Below the pieces are notes generated by a model, which worked only from the letters and a program-made list of their open reading frames with translations, was not told where the DNA came from and made no database searches. The position numbers and the translations under genes were made by a program. This document shows positions 1 to 13,616 of a stretch of 64,000 nucleotides of DNA, one piece after another. Positions within the stretch are counted from its first letter, which is position 1. Each line of letters opens with the position of its first letter. The DNA is from Octopus vulgaris (taxonomy: Eukaryota): assembly GCA_951406725.2 (NCBI GenBank), contig OX597815.1, forward strand, positions 48,980,001-49,044,000, read 5' to 3'.

Positions 1-52
1 AATTCATTCGAGATAGAGCACCATATCATCCTTTTCCGAGTGAAACTTGACT

Positions 53-440
53 GGCGCAGGCGTGGCTGTGTGGGAAGAAGCTTGCTTCCAACGTCATGGC
101 TTCGGGTTCAGTTCCACTGCGTGATACCTTAGGTAAATATATTCTGCAGTCTCGGACCGACCAACGCCTTGTGAGTGGATTTCTTAGATGGAAACTGGAA
201 GAACCACGTTGTGCATACACACACACACACACACGTGTGTGTCCCCATCTGCCATCGCATGATAACCGGTGCTGGAGTGTTTACATTCATGTGACTTAGC
301 GGTTCGGCAAAGAGGCCTGATAGAATAAGCTACAGCTTCACAAGAAAAATAAGTACAGGAGTCGATTCATTCGACTAAAAATTCTTCAAGGTGGTGCCTC
401 AGCATGGCCAAAGTTTAATAACAGAAACGAGTAAAAAGAT
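53..440 (+). mobile_element. tRNA-derived SINE, family A (internal microsatellite, CAGTC-AAAT-GACTG tail hairpin, GTAAAAGA tail repeats)
   Basis: Head GGCGCAGGCGTGGCTGTGTGG (A box) and GGGTTCAGTTCC (B box-like), CORE-like ACCTTGGGCAAGT block (diverged here), internal (CA)n and a tail that align by eye with >15 other copies in the window. Confidence 0.85.
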
Positions 441-719
441 ACGCTAAAAAGAAGTCTGCGCTCATTTTAGTTGCGCCCACCATACGACCTCTTATGCCGA
501 AAACCACCTGACTTTGGAAACCTGCCCAAAGAAAGGACGAGAGCAGTATGATTTTCACCATGAGCTCTGTTGATAACCGGATCCTTCTAGTTGCGATAAC
601 AGTAAATCGATAAAACTCCAAAAGTTAGAAACTCTGACACAGGATCGGCGCTGATTGCGCTACTGCGTTTGGCGAATTGGCGGTATCATTAACGCATCGG
701 AAAAATAAAGTCTGGTAGC

Positions 720-1305
720 ATTCACTTCGACTCAAATGCTGCTGAGGTCAACCTTGCCTTTCATCCCTCAAGGGTTGATGAAACAAAGTGACAATAAAGT
801 ACTAGTTTCGATAATACTCACCTCAAAATTCCAAGCCAGAGAGTTGATAAAATCGTTAGAGGGTCGAAAAATATTGCGCTACAGCGTTTGCGTCGGCTCT
901 TTACCTTCAGAGTTCAAATCCTACAGAGGCCAACTTTGCTTTTCATCCCTCCAGGGTCTATGAAAAAAAGTACAAATGAAGTACCAGGCGCGATAATGGT
1001 TTCAAATTTTGTCACAGGGCCAGCAATTTCGGGGAGGAGGTAAATCAATTACATCAACCCCAGTGCTCAATTGGTATTAGTTTTATCGACTCCGAAAGGA
1101 TGAAAGGCTAAGTCTACCTCGGCGGAACTTGAACTCGGACTGGGCTCGATAATATTGACCTCAAAATTTCAAGCCTTGTGTGTTTTACTTTAAGGCAGCG
1201 AGCTCTCAGAAGAGTTAGAGCGTCGGTAAGTAATGCTTAGCGGTATTTGTTCCGTATTTTTATTTTTTATTCTTTTTACGTTTTGAGTTCAAATCCTGCT
1301 GAGAT
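720..1305. mobile_element. Cluster of four partial SINE family B copies (mixed orientation)
   Basis: Repeated GAGTTCAAAT..GAGGTC(A/G)ACTTTGCCTTTCATCC block at ~730, ~910 and ~1285 (+), and its reverse complement at ~1090-1135 (-). Confidence 0.75.
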
Positions 1306-1383
1306 CAAATAGTAGTATTTGATACTAGTGTTATTACATTAGCTGATTTAATTGTCTTTGTAATTGCTACAGTAAAAACTTTC

Positions 1384-1595
<212 letters not shown>

Positions 1596-1694
1596 CTGTT
1601 GCTGGTGGTGTTTTTACTATTGTAGATTTAACTGCTGTAGTAGCAGTAGTTGCTGTTGTTGTAATATTTATTGCTTCTTTATTAGGTGTTGCTA

Positions 1695-1872
1695 GTGTAT
1701 GTGTGTGTGTGTGTGTGTGTATGTGTGTGTGTGTGTGTGTGTGTCCGCGTGTGAGTGTATATATATATATGTATATATGTATGTACGTACGTACGTATAC
1801 ACACACATACAAATTTACATATATATATATATATATACATGTATATATATACATATATACATATATACATAC

Positions 1873-1965
<93 letters not shown>

Positions 1966-1970
1966 CATAC

Positions 1971-2042
<72 letters not shown>
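1695..2042. repeat. (TG)n / (TA)n / (TACA)n compound microsatellite
   Basis: Directly visible. Confidence 0.97.
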
Positions 2043-2044
<2 letters not shown>

Positions 2045-2532
2045 CTTTGTTGTTTTTTTTTTCTGTTCTGTCTTCCTAGATTTTCTGCCACTCTTTCTTC
2101 GTGTATTTTATTTACTTGTTCAGTTATTCGACGAGAAAGTAAAGATAAGAATATTTAAAAATAAAACAACAACAACAACAACGACAACAACAACGACAAC
2201 AACAACAACAGCTAAACAAAGTACCAAAGCCATCTCCAAATGCCATTTTACAATAGTCTGGGCATTGAATCAACTTTTCATTTTTTTTTTCTAATATATA
2301 TTTTTTAATATTATTTTTGTTTGTTTGTTGTTGCTGTTGTTGTTGTAGGTGATGGTGATGGTGATAATGATGGTGGTAGTGCTTTCAAGAGTGATAATCC
2401 AGAAATATCAACAATATGGCAGATTTCCAAACTGTTTTTGGTCGAACCCTCAGACGTGAAGAATTTTACATATCAGTCCTGTGTTTCGGAGAGGAACAGC
2501 GACGTATTATGAAGATGTTAATGTAAGAAATT

Positions 2533-2587
2533 ATGGTGGTGATGGTAGTGGAGGACGGATAGATGGATGATGGTGATTATGATGATA

Positions 2588-2624
<37 letters not shown>

Positions 2625-3000
2625 CAGTGGTGGTAGTTGTAAGGATAATTTGTGGTGATGACGACGATCACGGTGATGACGATGGCGATGATGGTGGTGG
2701 TGAGGATGATGATACTGGTGGTACTTGGTGAGGATAATTTGTAGTGACGAAGATACTGATGATGATGGTCATCATCATCATCATCATGGCGATGATGGTA
2801 GTGTTAGTTGTGGAGGAAGAGATGATGACGAGAATGACTGAAGATGATGACAATGATAATGATGATGATGACGACGATGACGATGATGAGTGTAATGGCG
2901 ATTGTAGTGGTGGTTATGGTGGTGGTTATGGTGGTGGTGGTGGTGGTGGTGGTGGCGGTGGTTATGGTTGTGGTGGTGGTGATAGTAAAGATGATGGTGG
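2533..3000. repeat. Degenerate (GAT)n/(GGT)n microsatellite region
   Basis: Directly visible; GGATAATTTGT spacer duplicated. Confidence 0.9.
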
Positions 3001-3198
3001 ATGTCGATGGAGTTCAGTTTGTCTTTACTAAAACTTTTTAAAATGTTGCTTTGTTTTTAAATTAAATGATACAAGTGATAAAAAAAGTAACAAAACGGAA
3101 GGAAAAATAATTAAATAAATAAATAAAAGAAACTTCAGATCGACATTGACCGTACGAAACCTGACAAGAATTGACATCTCTACATCTCCCCAAGTTGT

Positions 3199-3490
3199 GG
3201 ATGCACATAGCCTAGTGGTTAGAGCAGCGGACTCGCGGTTGAGGGATCGCGGGTTCGAATCTCAGACCGGGCGATGTGTGTGTTTATGAGCGAAACACCT
3301 AGGCTCCACGCGGCTCCGGCAGAAGGTAAGGGCGAACTTCTGCTGACTCTTTCGCCACAACATTCCCTCACTCTTTCCTCCTGCATCTTACAGCTCACCT
3401 GCGACGGACCGGGAACCTATACGCCAAGGAAACCAGGAAACCGGCCCTTATGAGCCAGACATGGCTCAAGAAGGAGCAAACAGCAAACAA
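3199..3490 (+). mobile_element. tRNA(Arg)-derived SINE, single near-complete copy
   Basis: TAGCCTAGTGG A box, CT-TCG-like anticodon region, GGTTCGAATCT B box, non-tRNA body and CAAA-repeat tail; resembles described octopus Arg-tRNA SINEs (family name not verified). Confidence 0.8.
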
Positions 3491-3759
3491 GTTATTGTTA
3501 GTAGCTTAAAAGCAGTTTCTTTTCCCCTGACCAAGCAAACCTTTCCATAAATTGTCCACGACCATCCTGGCTTTCCTCGGCATAGTGTATGTAGATACTA
3601 AATTATGCAACGTGTTCTTTCATTCCCCTTTAAAATACATTGCAGTGAAAACACAGATTTGGCTGTTATTTCTAAGAAGCCTTAGTTATGATTGCATTCA
3701 ATGGTTGGTCATAAATATAATTGAAGGACTTCTATTTGATTTCATAGACAAATACTAGA

Positions 3760-3968
3760 ACGAAGGGGTGCTGAAAAGTTTCTGGATTAAAGAGTGTCAG
3801 GAAAGGTCAGGCTGGAGGCGCAACCTTCCGATTTCTTTTACAGGGCTTAGAAAAATTGAAGGGCTGTGTGAATCTGAGATAGGAATATGTTGAATAAAAT
3901 CATTATTAATAACTGGTCCTCCTGTATTTTCTTCTACCCAAACCCAGGAACTTTTCAGCACCCCTCGT
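3760..3968 (+). mobile_element. Mariner-derived MITE (internally deleted)
   Basis: ~28-bp TIRs ACGAAGGGGTGCTGAAAAGTTTCTGG / CCAGGAACTTTTCAGCACCCCTCGT; interior resembles a transposase C-terminus (LQGLEKL...EYVE*). Confidence 0.85.
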
Positions 3969-4135
3969 TTATTAATTACAATACAAAATTCTTCATTTAT
4001 TAAATTATCTCCGCCGCATGAGGTTACATTATTAGTACTAATTTGTTAATCAAGATCAGTTACACTTGAGAAATGAGTGCTCGTCTCAAGAATCGAGAAT
4101 TCTTCAAAGCTGACATACCATTTAGGAAAAGAACA

Positions 4136-4137
<2 letters not shown>

Positions 4138-4209
<72 letters not shown>
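4138..4209. repeat. (CTGT)n tetranucleotide microsatellite
   Basis: Directly visible. Confidence 0.97.
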
Positions 4210-4302
4210 AGATGGTAGCACACAGTTGCGTGCACAGTAAGAGCTAACAGTGATCTTCACGGGGCAGTGTGCTGAGTGACATTGCTGTGTTTACTTCATA
4301 AG

Positions 4303-4545
4303 TTCTTTTACTCTTTTATTGTTTCAGTCATTTGACTGTGGCCATGCTGGAGCATCGCCTTTAGTTGAGCAAATCGACCCCAGGACCTATTCTTTGTAAG
4401 CCTAGTACTTATTCTATCGGGGTCCTTTGCCGAACCGCTAAGTTACGGGGACGTAGACACGGTTGTCAAGCGATGTTGGGGGGACAAATCCAGACACATA
4501 AACATACACACATACGTATATATATATATAAACATACACACACAC

Positions 4546-4604
<59 letters not shown>

Positions 4605-4776
4605 CATATATACGACGGGCTTCTTTCAGTTTCCGTCTACAAAATCTACTCACAAGGCTTTGGTTGGCCCGAGACTATAGTAGAAGACACTTGCCCAAGG
4701 TGCCACGCTGTGGGACTGAACCCAGAACCATGTGGTTGGTAAGCAAGCTACTTACTACACAGCCACTCCTACGCCT
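4303..4776 (-). mobile_element. SINE family A, full-length, young copy with internal (TA)n
   Basis: Complete head, body and tail; close to the consensus of the other copies. Confidence 0.9.
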
Positions 4777-4829
4777 AAGTTATGAAATTTGCGTTTTTGT
4801 GATTATATGTATGCTATAGTTTGCGATTT

Positions 4830-5050
4830 TTTCATGGACAGGACAAAGAGCCAACGTGAAATTTTGCGTTAAACTTGGGAGGTCTGCAGCAGAGACATTC
4901 AGCATGTTTCGGCAAGTTTACGGCGACGAGACAATGGGTCGTACGCAATGTTTCTAGCGACACGGGCCCTTCAAAAGCGAAAGAACATTCCTGGAAGACG
5001 ATGAGCGGTTTGAAAGACCTACCACGGGCGTCAACCCCGGAAATGTGGAA
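4830..5050 (+). pseudogene. Mariner transposase N-terminal remnant
   Basis: Degenerate translation RANVKFCVKLG...TFLEDDERFERPTTASTPE, like the mariner HTH / ERSGRP region. Confidence 0.7.
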
Positions 5051-5060
5051 ATATGGAGAT

Positions 5061-5378
5061 CAGTAGTTTTCAACCATATTTTTTTATCTATGGACCCTTT
5101 GATTACTATTTTGTTCTGGTAGACCCCACCCCCCCCCATAGCCATTCGATGTATAAAATCTAGTTTTATAGATACTTCTTTCAAAATTCCTATTTTGTTC
5201 ATCACACATTAACTTGTGTTGTTTGAACTCTGCAAGACATTAGAGAAAGAAATCTTGCTGTTTCTTGCAATAAATACATCTGAAACAAATGTTTTTTCAC
5301 GGACCCTTAATGTACTTATACGGGTCCCCAATTTACTAATTTCCCTCAATGGACCCTTAAAATCCGATATGGACCCGA
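5061..5378. mobile_element. hAT-type MITE fragment
   Basis: Starts CAGTAGTTTTCAACC (hAT-MITE-like terminus); repeated subterminal GGACCC motifs; other terminus missing. Confidence 0.55.
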
Positions 5379-5879
5379 GGAGAGGGGGTTTACTACTCAT
5401 TAACACTACTTACTCTCATTACGCAGTATCGTTACTCATTGTCCCTACTCAACATCGCTGCTCAGTATCAATGACCACTGTGACTGCTCTCTACCTTTAC
5501 TTATCATCTCTACTTAACTGTCACTATTCTGTATCATTCAGCATCTTTACTCAGTATCACTATTCAGTATGCCTACTCAATGCCTGCTACATCTCAGCAG
5601 AGAGAGAGAGAGAGAGTTTAAAGAATGCTGAATCCACCATAAAAAGTACATATATAGCATTTGCTACATGTAATAAACGTTTCTTATCTTACGTATTCAC
5701 CACACATACAGACACACATATATATACACACTTACATACATACATTTTTAGGTATAGAAACACTCCCTATGGACATGACCAAAATAGGCGACCAATTTAA
5801 TGGTTGTAAAAAGGGGAAGTGGGGAGAGAGAGAAAAGAGAAGAAATTGGACAACCTACGAGGGTGGGTAGAATGGAAGA

Positions 5880-6069
5880 TAGTGATAGTGGATGGTGGTG
5901 GTGGTGAGGATTAGAGGAGCAGGATGTTGAGAATGGCGAAGGGGATAATGATGATGATGATGAATGATGTTGATGATGATGATAGTGATGATCATGATGA
6001 TGACAACAACACTGATAATGATGATGATGATGATGAAGACGGCTGTAATGATGATGATAATGACTGTAG

Positions 6070-6105
<36 letters not shown>

Positions 6106-6148
6106 CAACGACGACGACGATGATTGTGATGATGATGAAGATGATGAG
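5880..6148. repeat. (GAT)n/(GAC)n degenerate microsatellite
   Basis: Directly visible. Confidence 0.93.
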
Positions 6149-6759
6149 GTGCGAAAATTGAGAAGTATGACACTCCTTTCATCAAATGTTCTTTCGATCA
6201 AATTAATTCGGAATTTCCTAATGCTTTCACAAAGAATTTATTCTATTTATTTATTTATCTTTTTTTTTTGCCTTTTGAAAATTCACAGCGTTCTGTTGAA
6301 AGACGTTTAACTCTTTATTAAACGAACAGAGACGGATAGTAGCAGAGAGAAGTCACGAGAAATCGAGTGGTCAGTCGTATTACATGCTGGTCATCTACGT
6401 TGGATATTAAACGAGATGTTCTTTCACAAATAATACTCGCGTGCGCGCACACACACACACACAAACATACACACGCATGCACACATAAAAATTCAGTAAA
6501 TAGATCTCCGTCAGTTTACAGTTGCTCGATCTAATTCGATAATGAGCAGGTATGTAAACTTCTCATTATTGAACTAGCGCGACATGGTTGACCCTTTGAA
6601 TTATAGATACAATCAATCCGATGGGCTTCTGCGCAGTTTCCGTCTGCTGTTAGTTATTCACAAGACTTCGGGAGACCCTAAACTATAACAAAAGATACTT
6701 GCTCAAAATGTCACACACTAGAATCAAATATGAGGCCTTGTGGTTGATAAGTGTTGTAA

Positions 6760-6892
6760 TCCATGCATGCATGCATGCATACGCACATACATACATACAT
6801 ACATACATACATACATACATACATACATACATACATACATACATACGTACGCACATACATACGTACATACATATATAAGTACGTACGTATGT
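6760..6892. repeat. (ATGC)n-(ATAC)n microsatellite
   Basis: Directly visible. Confidence 0.93.
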
Positions 6893-7449
6893 AACAGCTG
6901 CAACTCGATTTCGAGCAATGTTCTTTTCATTTGAGCAGTGCAGATGTAACTTTTTAACCTTGCTAGGAACATAAGCTTTTTTGCATAGGTATAGCAACGA
7001 TAGGTACATCTTACACAAAAGGTGTTCAGAGATTTACTCTTAACCCGCTCTGACAAATGACTTCATTCTCTCATGGAATTTTTCACTAAGTGCTTTGCTT
7101 TGTAGGCAACCACCAGCTTTGGCATACTACCCATAATAGAGTTGTTAAAAAAGATCAAGCAAAGCCTATGGCTGAAGCCATTTCAGTTGGGGATAGGCCT
7201 TGACAGGGCATATCTCATTTTCTAAAGACAACGTATGCATTTGCCCTCATTGGATGCAAAAAGGAGTTGCAGGTGATGCATCACAGATTTTCTTTTTCAA
7301 GAGAGATATCTAAAGAGTCTAGGTCTCTCATTCTCAGCTGTTGGATGGCCGTTGATAATTGAGTTCATCAGCACTTTGAAAGGCTTGCTTTATTGTCGAA
7401 TATATCACATAATAAATTAGGTTGTTTCACATGAAATGTATTTGAAAGG

Positions 7450-7830
7450 TAACTATAAAATGTTTCAGAAGTGTTAGAGAACTAATTTTTTTAATCAAAG
7501 TATGATCCATGTTCATTTATGACGCTTACTCAACGTTTCTCTATGTCATATATTCCATCTTTTAAAAAAATTCATCTTTTGCTGTGATAAACTGTCCGAA
7601 TGCTTCAGTTACTTCTTCTGTATTTAAGAATGTTTTATAGCTTATAAAAAGCTGAAAATGCTTAAATAAGTGATGGATGATCAGTAGGAGAGATATCAGG
7701 GGAATAGGGAGGATGTTGCAAAATCTCATAATTCAGGTTTTGCAACTTTTGGACCGTAGCTTGAAGAGTGCAAAGATGTGCATTTTTCGTGGAGCAAACT
7801 TCGGCCATCTCATCAGGTGAGGTGCTGTAA
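7450..7830 (-). pseudogene. Highly decayed mariner transposase C-terminal remnant
   Basis: Reverse strand resembles the HPPYSPDL...HLF region (catcctccctattcccctgatatctctcctactgat). Confidence 0.5.
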
Positions 7831-8199
7831 AACATTCATGATGCGTCTCCTCAGGTGACTCTCTCTGAATTCTACGTTTTGCTTATTTCGATAACAACCC
7901 ATTCTGTAATTGTAGCGTATCATGCGTCTCTAAAAGGATCTAAGATATGTTGATGAATTTTTCTCATAGAAGCAATAAAATAAAGTATACCAGGATAAAA
8001 GAATAAGGAATCAAAAATATAACAAATGAAATTTAATACACTAATGATAAAATACTGTGAATGCGCTTTAAACAGCATACCACAAGGTGTATATCCGAAT
8101 AGAAAATTATTTCTTATCTATGATAATAAAAGTGAAATTCTGTCTGGGACCCCTGTATCTCAGTCTACATTTGTTCCACATATACATATTATACCTTTT

Positions 8200-8330
8200 T
8201 GGAATCAGGATGATCCCGGTTCTTGAACATCCATCATTGGGATCTGATTTTAAAAGCACTTGGGTTGCTATTTCTGGCAGGTAAAGCTTGGCTAATTCAC
8301 GCAATCTTGACTGGCGCTTGTCAGATAACG
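8200..8330 (-). pseudogene. hAT transposase C-terminal dimerisation-domain remnant
   Basis: SRLRELAKLYLPEIATQVL...SRTG resembles the LA..YL.IPATSV.SER.FS.AG motif. Confidence 0.45.
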
Positions 8331-8629
8331 TCAGAGATCAAAGGGGAGATAAATGACATACGCTTCGTTAATTTTACGTCGAGATAAGAACTTTGGGACA
8401 AATTGGTCAACAGTTGGAATTCAGCTTGTGACTGGAAAAATAAATGATTGCATTGCAGAATTAATTCACATCCGCCCTTAACCTCTGATGAACCACCACT
8501 GGAGCATGTTGTCATTATAGACATATTATAGTCATGCTATTTAACTCTCTTTAACTTTGGGCCGCAGGTCCAATTAGCTCACCATGGGAGCTAACTAAAA
8601 AGTCATGGAGTGCGGCTTTTAAGCTTGTA

Positions 8630-9529
8630 TCTTATAATAATTCTGTTTGGCATTCCGTTACTTAATCCGTCGGTAACGTTTTCACGTGATTAGAGAATAA
8701 GAGGGAGGGAGAAACGTCCATGTGGTAAGGTAGATGGAATGTAATTGTAACGCTTTCAAGTGATTAGTTGAAGGGAAAGAGAGGAGAAAGAAAAAAGAAA
8801 AGAGAAAAAGAGGATAAGGTGAAGAGTGAGTCAAAAAGAGGGAGAAAGAATAAGAGGGTTAGAGAAAAAGACAGAGAGAAAATAAAAAGAGCCAACCGTC
8901 CACGACGTGAGGTAGGAGGAACGTAATATTTATTACGTGGTTAAAAGAATTAGTTGAATGATATAGAGGAGAGTCAAAATTTAATTTTAGCAGAGGGGTG
9001 ATGTTCTGATGGTGAGGTTAAAGAAAGGCGGAGAGAGAGGGGAGAGAGAGATGATGATGGTGGTGGTGGTGGGGGCTGCAGTGTTGATTAGATAGTGGGA
9101 AGTGTATTTTTTATTGAACTATCACCTATCACTTAACGCATGCGCATAAGTGCAATTCCATGAAATATTCACTCTTATTTAACGTGGCATATATATGCAG
9201 TTTAACTAAAGGTTGTATCATATGTACGGGATATTTTTTTTTTTTTGCTTATTGGGAAAAATGGAAAAATAAGAGTGAATATTTATTTTATGAGTACTGT
9301 GTATTAAGTCTAAAAAATTGTGCATAAAGTATATAAAGTGTATGTATAAAGTGCATTAAGTAATCATCGTATTCCAATTTCCTCCACTTTTCAATGATTA
9401 GCAGATGAGCGACTAACTTTTGATATAGACATAACACAGGCTATGCTTTCAGGAGTTTGGGATAAAGTTTTCAGAAATGACCCAACAGGTTTACTGTTAA
9501 TTCCGTGAAATATTCACGGGTCCTGCTAG
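8630..9529 (+). mobile_element. Non-autonomous Helitron (~900 bp)
   Basis: 3' hairpin CCGTGAAATATTCACGG then CTAG|T at 9526-9530; putative A|TC 5' end at 8630 (5' end less certain). Confidence 0.65.
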
Positions 9530-9936
9530 TATATATAAAGGAGGCAAATGTATAGTAAAAATTGATTGAATGCTACAATTAATCAAAGGTATGACTTAAT
9601 TAATATCAACGTTTAATATAAATTTCATATAAAGAATGCGGAAATGATATCATTTATGAGTCACCCTCTGATACATAGCTTTAAAGTGAACGAGAATGAT
9701 ACACTTGACTAGTTTTAAACAAATAAATTATGTAATACTAACTTAGCCACTGTTAATTGTTAATTCATAACGGCTTAGCTTTATGTCAGCATTTAAAATA
9801 GCATTTATATCTTTTTACTCAAAAGGATCTTCAATGAGATAAAATTATTTCAAAAAGATCGATATAATCATGTTACCTGAATTTTAAAGATTAATTTCAA
9901 CAATTAATTTACCATATTAATGTTATATGTTTTATA

Positions 9937-9994
<58 letters not shown>

Positions 9995-10080
9995 TATACA
10001 CACATATATACACACATTTAGTACGAAACAAAGTTAATTTGCCAAAATCTATTTGATCCCCATTTTGTATTATTATGTGT

Positions 10081-10153
<73 letters not shown>

Positions 10154-11423
10154 CGTGCGTGCGTTTGTGTTTACTTGCTGTCTTGAAATTTTTTATGTGT
10201 TTCTATTTAGCTATATTCCTAAGTTCTCGAAAGATCTTATTGTTTTACCGACACGATGGTATTTCCTGTTCACGGGGCCAATTTGTTTAGGGGATGATTT
10301 AAAATTTTTTTGTGATTTAAAAAAAATATCTGTCTTTAACTTTAATCATCAATGCCGTGCAATAACTGTTATAAATGTAAAAATGACTTCACTTTTTTCC
10401 TCCACCCACCACACACCTAATCCCACTCTCTTCTTAAAACAAAACCGTTTAATGACAAGTACTTCAATTAATTCCTCTATAATATATCATCTTCGTGTTT
10501 TTTTTTTTAGATTATTTTAAAACGAAAAAAAATTTTTTTAACTTTTTTCTTCCGATTTTCGTTCTTTATTTCTTCCCTTCCTTTCTTTCTTTTTGTAAAA
10601 ATAATTTTGAGACAATAAATTCATTTAACCATTTCATCATGTTTGGCCCTTATAAAAAGTTTCCTTATTTCTTGTGCGGCTTTTTACTTTTTTTTTTTAC
10701 ACATTTTTGTCATTTTGCCTTAATCTTATTTATTTATTCAATTTTCATTTTTTTTTGTTTCTGTATTTCAAATTCTTTGTCACATATGCAGAAAAAATTC
10801 TCAATAAAGGTCAAATTTAGCTCCTACCATTCCCATGCTCCCCCACAATCACCCCCATCTGCACCACTACCACCGTTACTGCGTTGTGCCTCTGCTCAAT
10901 GGCAGTATTGAGAGACCTTTATATATTACCAGAATTGCTAGAAAAATTAACAGCAGGAGCAGCAGCTATGAACTATATATGTGCTTTTCTGAATGAATAT
11001 CTCTGTGAGCGTGCGCGCGCATGCGTGAGTGCGTGTGTGTGAGAGTGGATGTGGGCGTTTGGGCGCGTATATGAGTAAATATGTGTATGTATGTGTCTTT
11101 CGTGTGTGCATGTGTGGGTATTTGTCTGTGTATGTACATGTATTTTATATCTGTGTACATATATGTGTGTGGCATTGTATACATGTGAATACCTAATATG
11201 CTTGTGTGCGCGTGTTAGAGCGTATAAGTGTGTGTATTCATGTGTTTCGCGTGTTTCTGTGAATATGGCTGCCTAAGTGGACATGCGTTTTTGCGTTAAT
11301 TTGCTTGCACTTGTAAGAGGGTGAATTTATGTGTGTGTGTGTGTATGGATCAAACAGTTTGATCCACACATTTAACTCTCAATAAATGTGGTGAGTGAAC
11401 TTCTTTCGTTTGTCTGCTCACTC

Positions 11424-11460
<37 letters not shown>

Positions 11461-11538
11461 TACAATAAATTCAGGGTGAATATTTGAATAAAGCTCGAAA
11501 CATATGTACCGCAAAATCCTTTGTGTCCTGTTTTTCTT

Positions 11539-11616
<78 letters not shown>

Positions 11617-11627
11617 CATACACATAC

Positions 11628-11678
<51 letters not shown>

Positions 11679-11719
11679 TGCATATATACATACACACATA
11701 TATATATATATATATATAT

Positions 11720-12215
11720 ATGCTAGCAGAGGGCACCTTTGAGGCCTTTGGCCCAACTATCGGGACGCTTCGCAGCCATCTACCCTTGTGTAATGTAATG
11801 GACTCGGGACACATTCACAGATACACATTGTATATGTATCTCCTGGTATTAATTATCCGATACCTCTTTCCAAACTCCCTACCCGACATATATCCACACA
11901 CCCGTACCCTTATACTCAATACCTATATTTTCATTCGCACCCATTAACTTATTCATTCAACATGTGACTTGAATTCCATCTCTGTAACAGTGTGTCGGTG
12001 TATCAACCTTTGAACCACTTTTTTTTCCAGCTTTGCGGATAGACTTACAGTTAGTTTCTAGTTTGGCTTACAGCTTCCTATAAAACTTACAGCTAAATCT
12101 CTAGCCTTAAAGCCACCTTTCTGGCAGTATTCAGGCTAACTCCTGAAGAGGGCTTTTTGGAATCTTTTAGGGTATTCAAGTAGAAAAAAATCCAGAACTC
12201 TGGTGTTGAAGGCCC
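11720..12215 (+). mobile_element. Probable Penelope-like element 3'/pLTR fragment with truncated hammerhead 5' half
   Basis: Follows (TA)n; C-rich tract then CTGAAGA-GGGCTTT...AAGGCCC (core plus stem II) but no GAAA. Confidence 0.4.
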
Positions 12216-13559
12216 AAGCACCGATATGTAACCGGAACAGGAAGTTTAGTTTTCCACCTAGACACAAGTTTCATAAACTACAAAATATAACATTATTTAC
12301 ATTATTTACAGCAAAGATCTACAGCAAGATGAAAACGGCACAAGGACATACATCAGAATATACTTCTGTTATATGCATAACTGCAACTTTGTAAAGGTTG
12401 CCAGCAGATACGAAAAAGAATCATTGTCCAAAGCACGATTCATTTTCATTGTCAGTGAAAATCTTCGTCGGATACGAGTGGATAGAATCGTGTATGTGTG
12501 TGTCTGTGTGTGTGTGGTCAGTTCTGGTACTCATTGATTATTGATTGCTGAAACATCTGAGAGTCACATTGGCGGATCTTTCATTGTCCGTCCCCTGGAT
12601 GGATGCGTCCTCTGAAGTGTTGCATGGTTGAACTCACCATTTTCATTGATCATTCCAAAGAATGAACATGATATATCTAGCCGTCTTCATTTTCTTTTTG
12701 ATTTCTTCCTTTCATTCTTTCTTTCCTTATTTATTTATTGGAAACTGCTAATATTCGTCAAATTTGACCGACGAGCTATCATATTATGCAAGACTGTCCC
12801 GATAGGAAACCCCCTTTATCAGTTATCGACTGAAATTCACAACAATATCGCCACCATCTGATTGTATAGCTACATCCAGTGGTTCAGATCATCATCGTTG
12901 CCCTTAATTAATCCAGGTTCTTTGGCCCACTCTGAAGAATACATTTTGAGCCCTCCGTCCATGCAACAACACTTTCCAAGCCGCATGCAACTGTAACCCA
13001 CCATGCATTGTTTTACTGGTCATTGAAGATTCATTCTTTGCTCTTCGGTTTGATCTTTCTATAACAGGCCATTATCCATAATGAAGTCTTTCTAATTTCC
13101 TCTCCAGTTCCCAAATCCCTACTGCTCTGTTATCCTACCTTAGCCCAGTGCCTGTGAACTGGGACATAGTGGATTTAGCTACAATACCACGCTATCCTAA
13201 CTCTACTGGGAACACAGTACACTATCATTTTTGTACCTCACATGAATTCTTAAGTTCTTCATATTTCGAATCTTTCCTTTCATATACCTACATCATACTC
13301 CATTACGAAGGCATATCAGGAATTTTTTGCTTAGTCAGACACTATAAAGAAGGCCTCTGCATCGGTATTGCAATATGGGTTGGGACAACGAAGATGATGC
13401 TGCTCGTACTTTTAACTGTCGAAAGAATTGTAGAGCAGAATATAATCATGAAACCTCTGTGAAATTCTTTCTTTTTTAATGTTCTAAATATTTTCCGCTG
13501 AACAATCTTTTTAGCTAATTTTAAATACACGCCAACTCATTCCACTTAATAGTTGCACA

Positions 13560-13605
<46 letters not shown>

Positions 13606-13616
13606 AATGCCAAATT

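Noticed and set aside
3199-3275. tRNA-Arg gene
   Set aside because: Acceptor stem does not pair and the sequence continues into a SINE body and tail
8209-8286. Plus-strand exon (CAG|...CAG|GTAAAG)
   Set aside because: Better explained as the antisense of a hAT transposase remnant; no supporting neighbouring exons
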